The notes below the pieces were generated by a model. That model was not told the origin of the DNA. It was given only the letters and a program-made list of their open reading frames with translations, and did not search any database. Below are positions 23,789 through 25,511 of a stretch of DNA of 25,511 bases, one piece after another (the stretch's first letter is position 1; every line of letters begins with the position of its first letter). The stretch covers positions 1 through 25,511 of the forward strand of contig JANMKN010000068.1 of the NCBI GenBank assembly GCA_031372065.1, read 5' to 3'. The translations under genes and the position numbers were made by a program. This DNA comes from Abditibacteriaceae bacterium. Its GTDB lineage: Bacteria > Armatimonadota > Abditibacteriia > Abditibacteriales > Abditibacteriaceae.

Positions 23789-24584
23789 TTTCCGGCATAA
23801 CGACGAATTCGATGCCGCTTTTGTGGGCGTCGCGAACGATGTTGGGCAAGGCTTGGGCGGTGCCGATGCCGGCGTCGTGTAGAAGGATGATATCGCCGGG
23901 TTTGAGGCCATTGTTGACTTGTTGCACGATCTTCCACGCGGGTGGGCGTGCCCAATCGCCGATATTATTGCTCCACCACGCTAAAGTGTAGTTATGATCG
24001 TAGAGATGTTGCATCACCGCGCGGTTCATACCGCCACCGGGCGGGCGAAATAAGTGCGTCGAATAGCCGAGTTTGTTAATACGCTCGAAGCAATTACCTA
24101 CTTCCATGTCGTAATCGGCAACCGGCACGTCGGAACGGGTAAGATTGCGGTGATTTTCGGAATGATTGGCTAAAGCGTGCCCTTCCGCGCTGATGCGATA
24201 GCCCAATTCGGGGTAAATGCGCAAGCCTTCGCCGACGACGAAGAACGACGCTTTGACGCCTGAACGTTTCAGCGACGCTAACAGCAGCGGCGTTGATAAC
24301 GGATGCGGTGCATCGTCGAAAGTCAGGGCCACGCGCTTGCTGTTTCCCATATTTTCGACGTGTTTAAGGTTAAGCATCGGCCCCGGCGGGCGCCAAAGAA
24401 AGAAAGCGCCCCACAACAGCGCGGTGATGCACAGAAAACTCAAAGCGCGGCCCGTTAGTTTCCAACTGTAAGCGATTTCTTCGCGTTCGGCGAGTTCCTG
24501 TTCGGCGGCGAGTTCGGCTTCGCCAAGGGATTCCGGCGCAACTTTTTGGTCTTCTATCACTTGATTTGAGGTTTCGGCGTTCAT
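23784..24584 (-). CDS. Polysaccharide deacetylase (NodB/CE4 family), membrane-anchored
   Basis: ALTFDDAP, ANHSENH, FRPPGG, GDW, IILLHD motifs; one TM helix. ATG at 24584 overlaps the upstream TGA (ATGA coupling). Confidence 0.9.
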   Translation of the reverse strand: MNAETSNQVIEDQKVAPESLGEAELAAEQELAEREEIAYSWKLTGRALSFLCITALLWGAFFLWRPPGPMLNLKHVENMGNSKRVALTFDDAPHPLSTPLLLASLKRSGVKASFFVVGEGLRIYPELGYRISAEGHALANHSENHRNLTRSDVPVADYDMEVGNCFERINKLGYSTHLFRPPGGGMNRAVMQHLYDHNYTLAWWSNNIGDWARPPAWKIVQQVNNGLKPGDIILLHDAGIGTAQALPNIVRDAHKSGIEFVVMPEN

Positions 24585-25511
24585 TTTGTAAAAGCGGATG
24601 TTTGCATCGGATGAGGTGCGGGCAAAACTTTGTCGTTGATATAAATCAGCGAACGCGCTCGCAGCCAAACGGCGGCGACTTCGCCCACGCCGGGATTGGC
24701 GGCGGCTAACTTGGGAGGAATTTGGCGGTTGCCGTCCAAATCTTTGCGCGTTACCGAGGCGCTAAAGATGGGAAGCGGGCCGGGAGTGGCGAAAGGGCGC
24801 GGCCCGAAGTCGCTCTTTTGCGCGTTGGGCATCAAGGCGACGACATCAATATTTTGCAATTGACCATCTACATGGTAAGCCGCCAGAATTAACCGGGTCG
24901 CCGTAGCGATAACGCGCTCGCGTTCAGCGGGGCCGCGCTTTTCGACGACGAAGCGCACCACGGCGCTACGATAAGGCGTATTACCGGCGCGCACTTGCGC
25001 CACATCCACGCTGAGAATGCGATGCGGCAAATGCAAAGGCGCCCACGCCGCGCGAAATAGCAGGTCGGCTTTGGGAATGTAATCGCTGCGGTGCTGATCT
25101 TTGCTGGTATCGGCAGGCGAGGAAGCGCGCATGACGGGCGTTTCGGCTTCCGTCATGCCCTCGCCTTCGCGCGTGCCGAGCGTGCTGGATTCATGTTCGC
25201 GCGTGGTCGCCAATTTGTCGGAAGGAGCGGCAGTCGCGGCGCCACCGAACAACCCGCCTAACTTGTTGTTAAAGCGCGGCATCTGACTGAAGCCGAACAA
25301 GGCCACGCAGCAAGTTACAATGAGCGAAAAGCCACAGAACGCCGCTTGATAGTGCGGTTTCCACACAGCGCGTCGCCCATTAAGCAACGCAAAGTGCAAA
25401 GGCGCGCGGCACGCAGCCAACGCAAAACCGCCCCACGCAAACCCAAAAGCAGCTCCGGCGGCAGAATCGGCCACATAATTCGAGCCGCAAATGATGCGCG
25501 TCAGGCCATAA
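24581..25511 (-). CDS. Partial membrane protein (5' end outside window): PAP2-like C3 motif, TM helices and a soluble C-terminal domain
   Basis: The frame stays open to the window edge and reads YGLTRIICGSNYVADSAAGAAFG, matching the PAP2 motif SRxxxGxHxxxDxxxGxxxG with His replaced by Asn. Confidence 0.65.
   Translation of the reverse strand, partial: YGLTRIICGSNYVADSAAGAAFGFAWGGFALAACRAPLHFALLNGRRAVWKPHYQAAFCGFSLIVTCCVALFGFSQMPRFNNKLGGLFGGAATAAPSDKLATTREHESSTLGTREGEGMTEAETPVMRASSPADTSKDQHRSDYIPKADLLFRAAWAPLHLPHRILSVDVAQVRAGNTPYRSAVVRFVVEKRGPAERERVIATATRLILAAYHVDGQLQNIDVVALMPNAQKSDFGPRPFATPGPLPIFSASVTRKDLDGNRQIPPKLAAANPGVGEVAAVWLRARSLIYINDKVLPAPHPMQTSAFTK

Noticed and set aside
23590..23955. 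121-aa minus-strand ORF ending in LLSLRQA heptads
   Set aside because: Its 5' half overlaps the deacetylase out of frame, and the heptads are a by-product of the 21-bp array.

Overview
Bacterial chromosomal window, mostly about 55-60% GC, with AT-richer patches. The gene content (DUF1501, CSLREA/Calx-beta protein, Tat-exported pyruvyltransferase-like protein) suggests an Armatimonadota/Abditibacteriota- or PVC-like organism; this is inference only. Genes in order: DUF1501 protein; 234-aa helical hypothetical protein; Type IIG restriction-modification enzyme with a low-GC specificity segment; polysaccharide pyruvyl transferase-family protein; 1403-aa secreted 3xCSLREA/beta-helix/3xCalx-beta protein; orphan ABC ATPase; arfB; NACHT-HEAT (NLR-like) protein; BNR/sialidase-like protein; two small IxxNQxx-heptad coiled-coil paralogues; a YdjG/YdjI-like pair (Zn-ribbon protein and SPFH-HTH protein); a conserved hypothetical enzyme; a polysaccharide deacetylase; and a partial PAP2-like protein. 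The most unusual items are non-coding. (1) A 13 x 21-bp array built from shuffled 7-mers sits between the RM gene and the promoter region of the 234-aa gene. (2) A second, sequence-unrelated array with the same 21-bp period lies at 23.5-23.8 kb. (3) A ~330-nt hairpin-dense leader lies between the two NQ-heptad genes. All family assignments come from motif recognition by eye; no searches were run.
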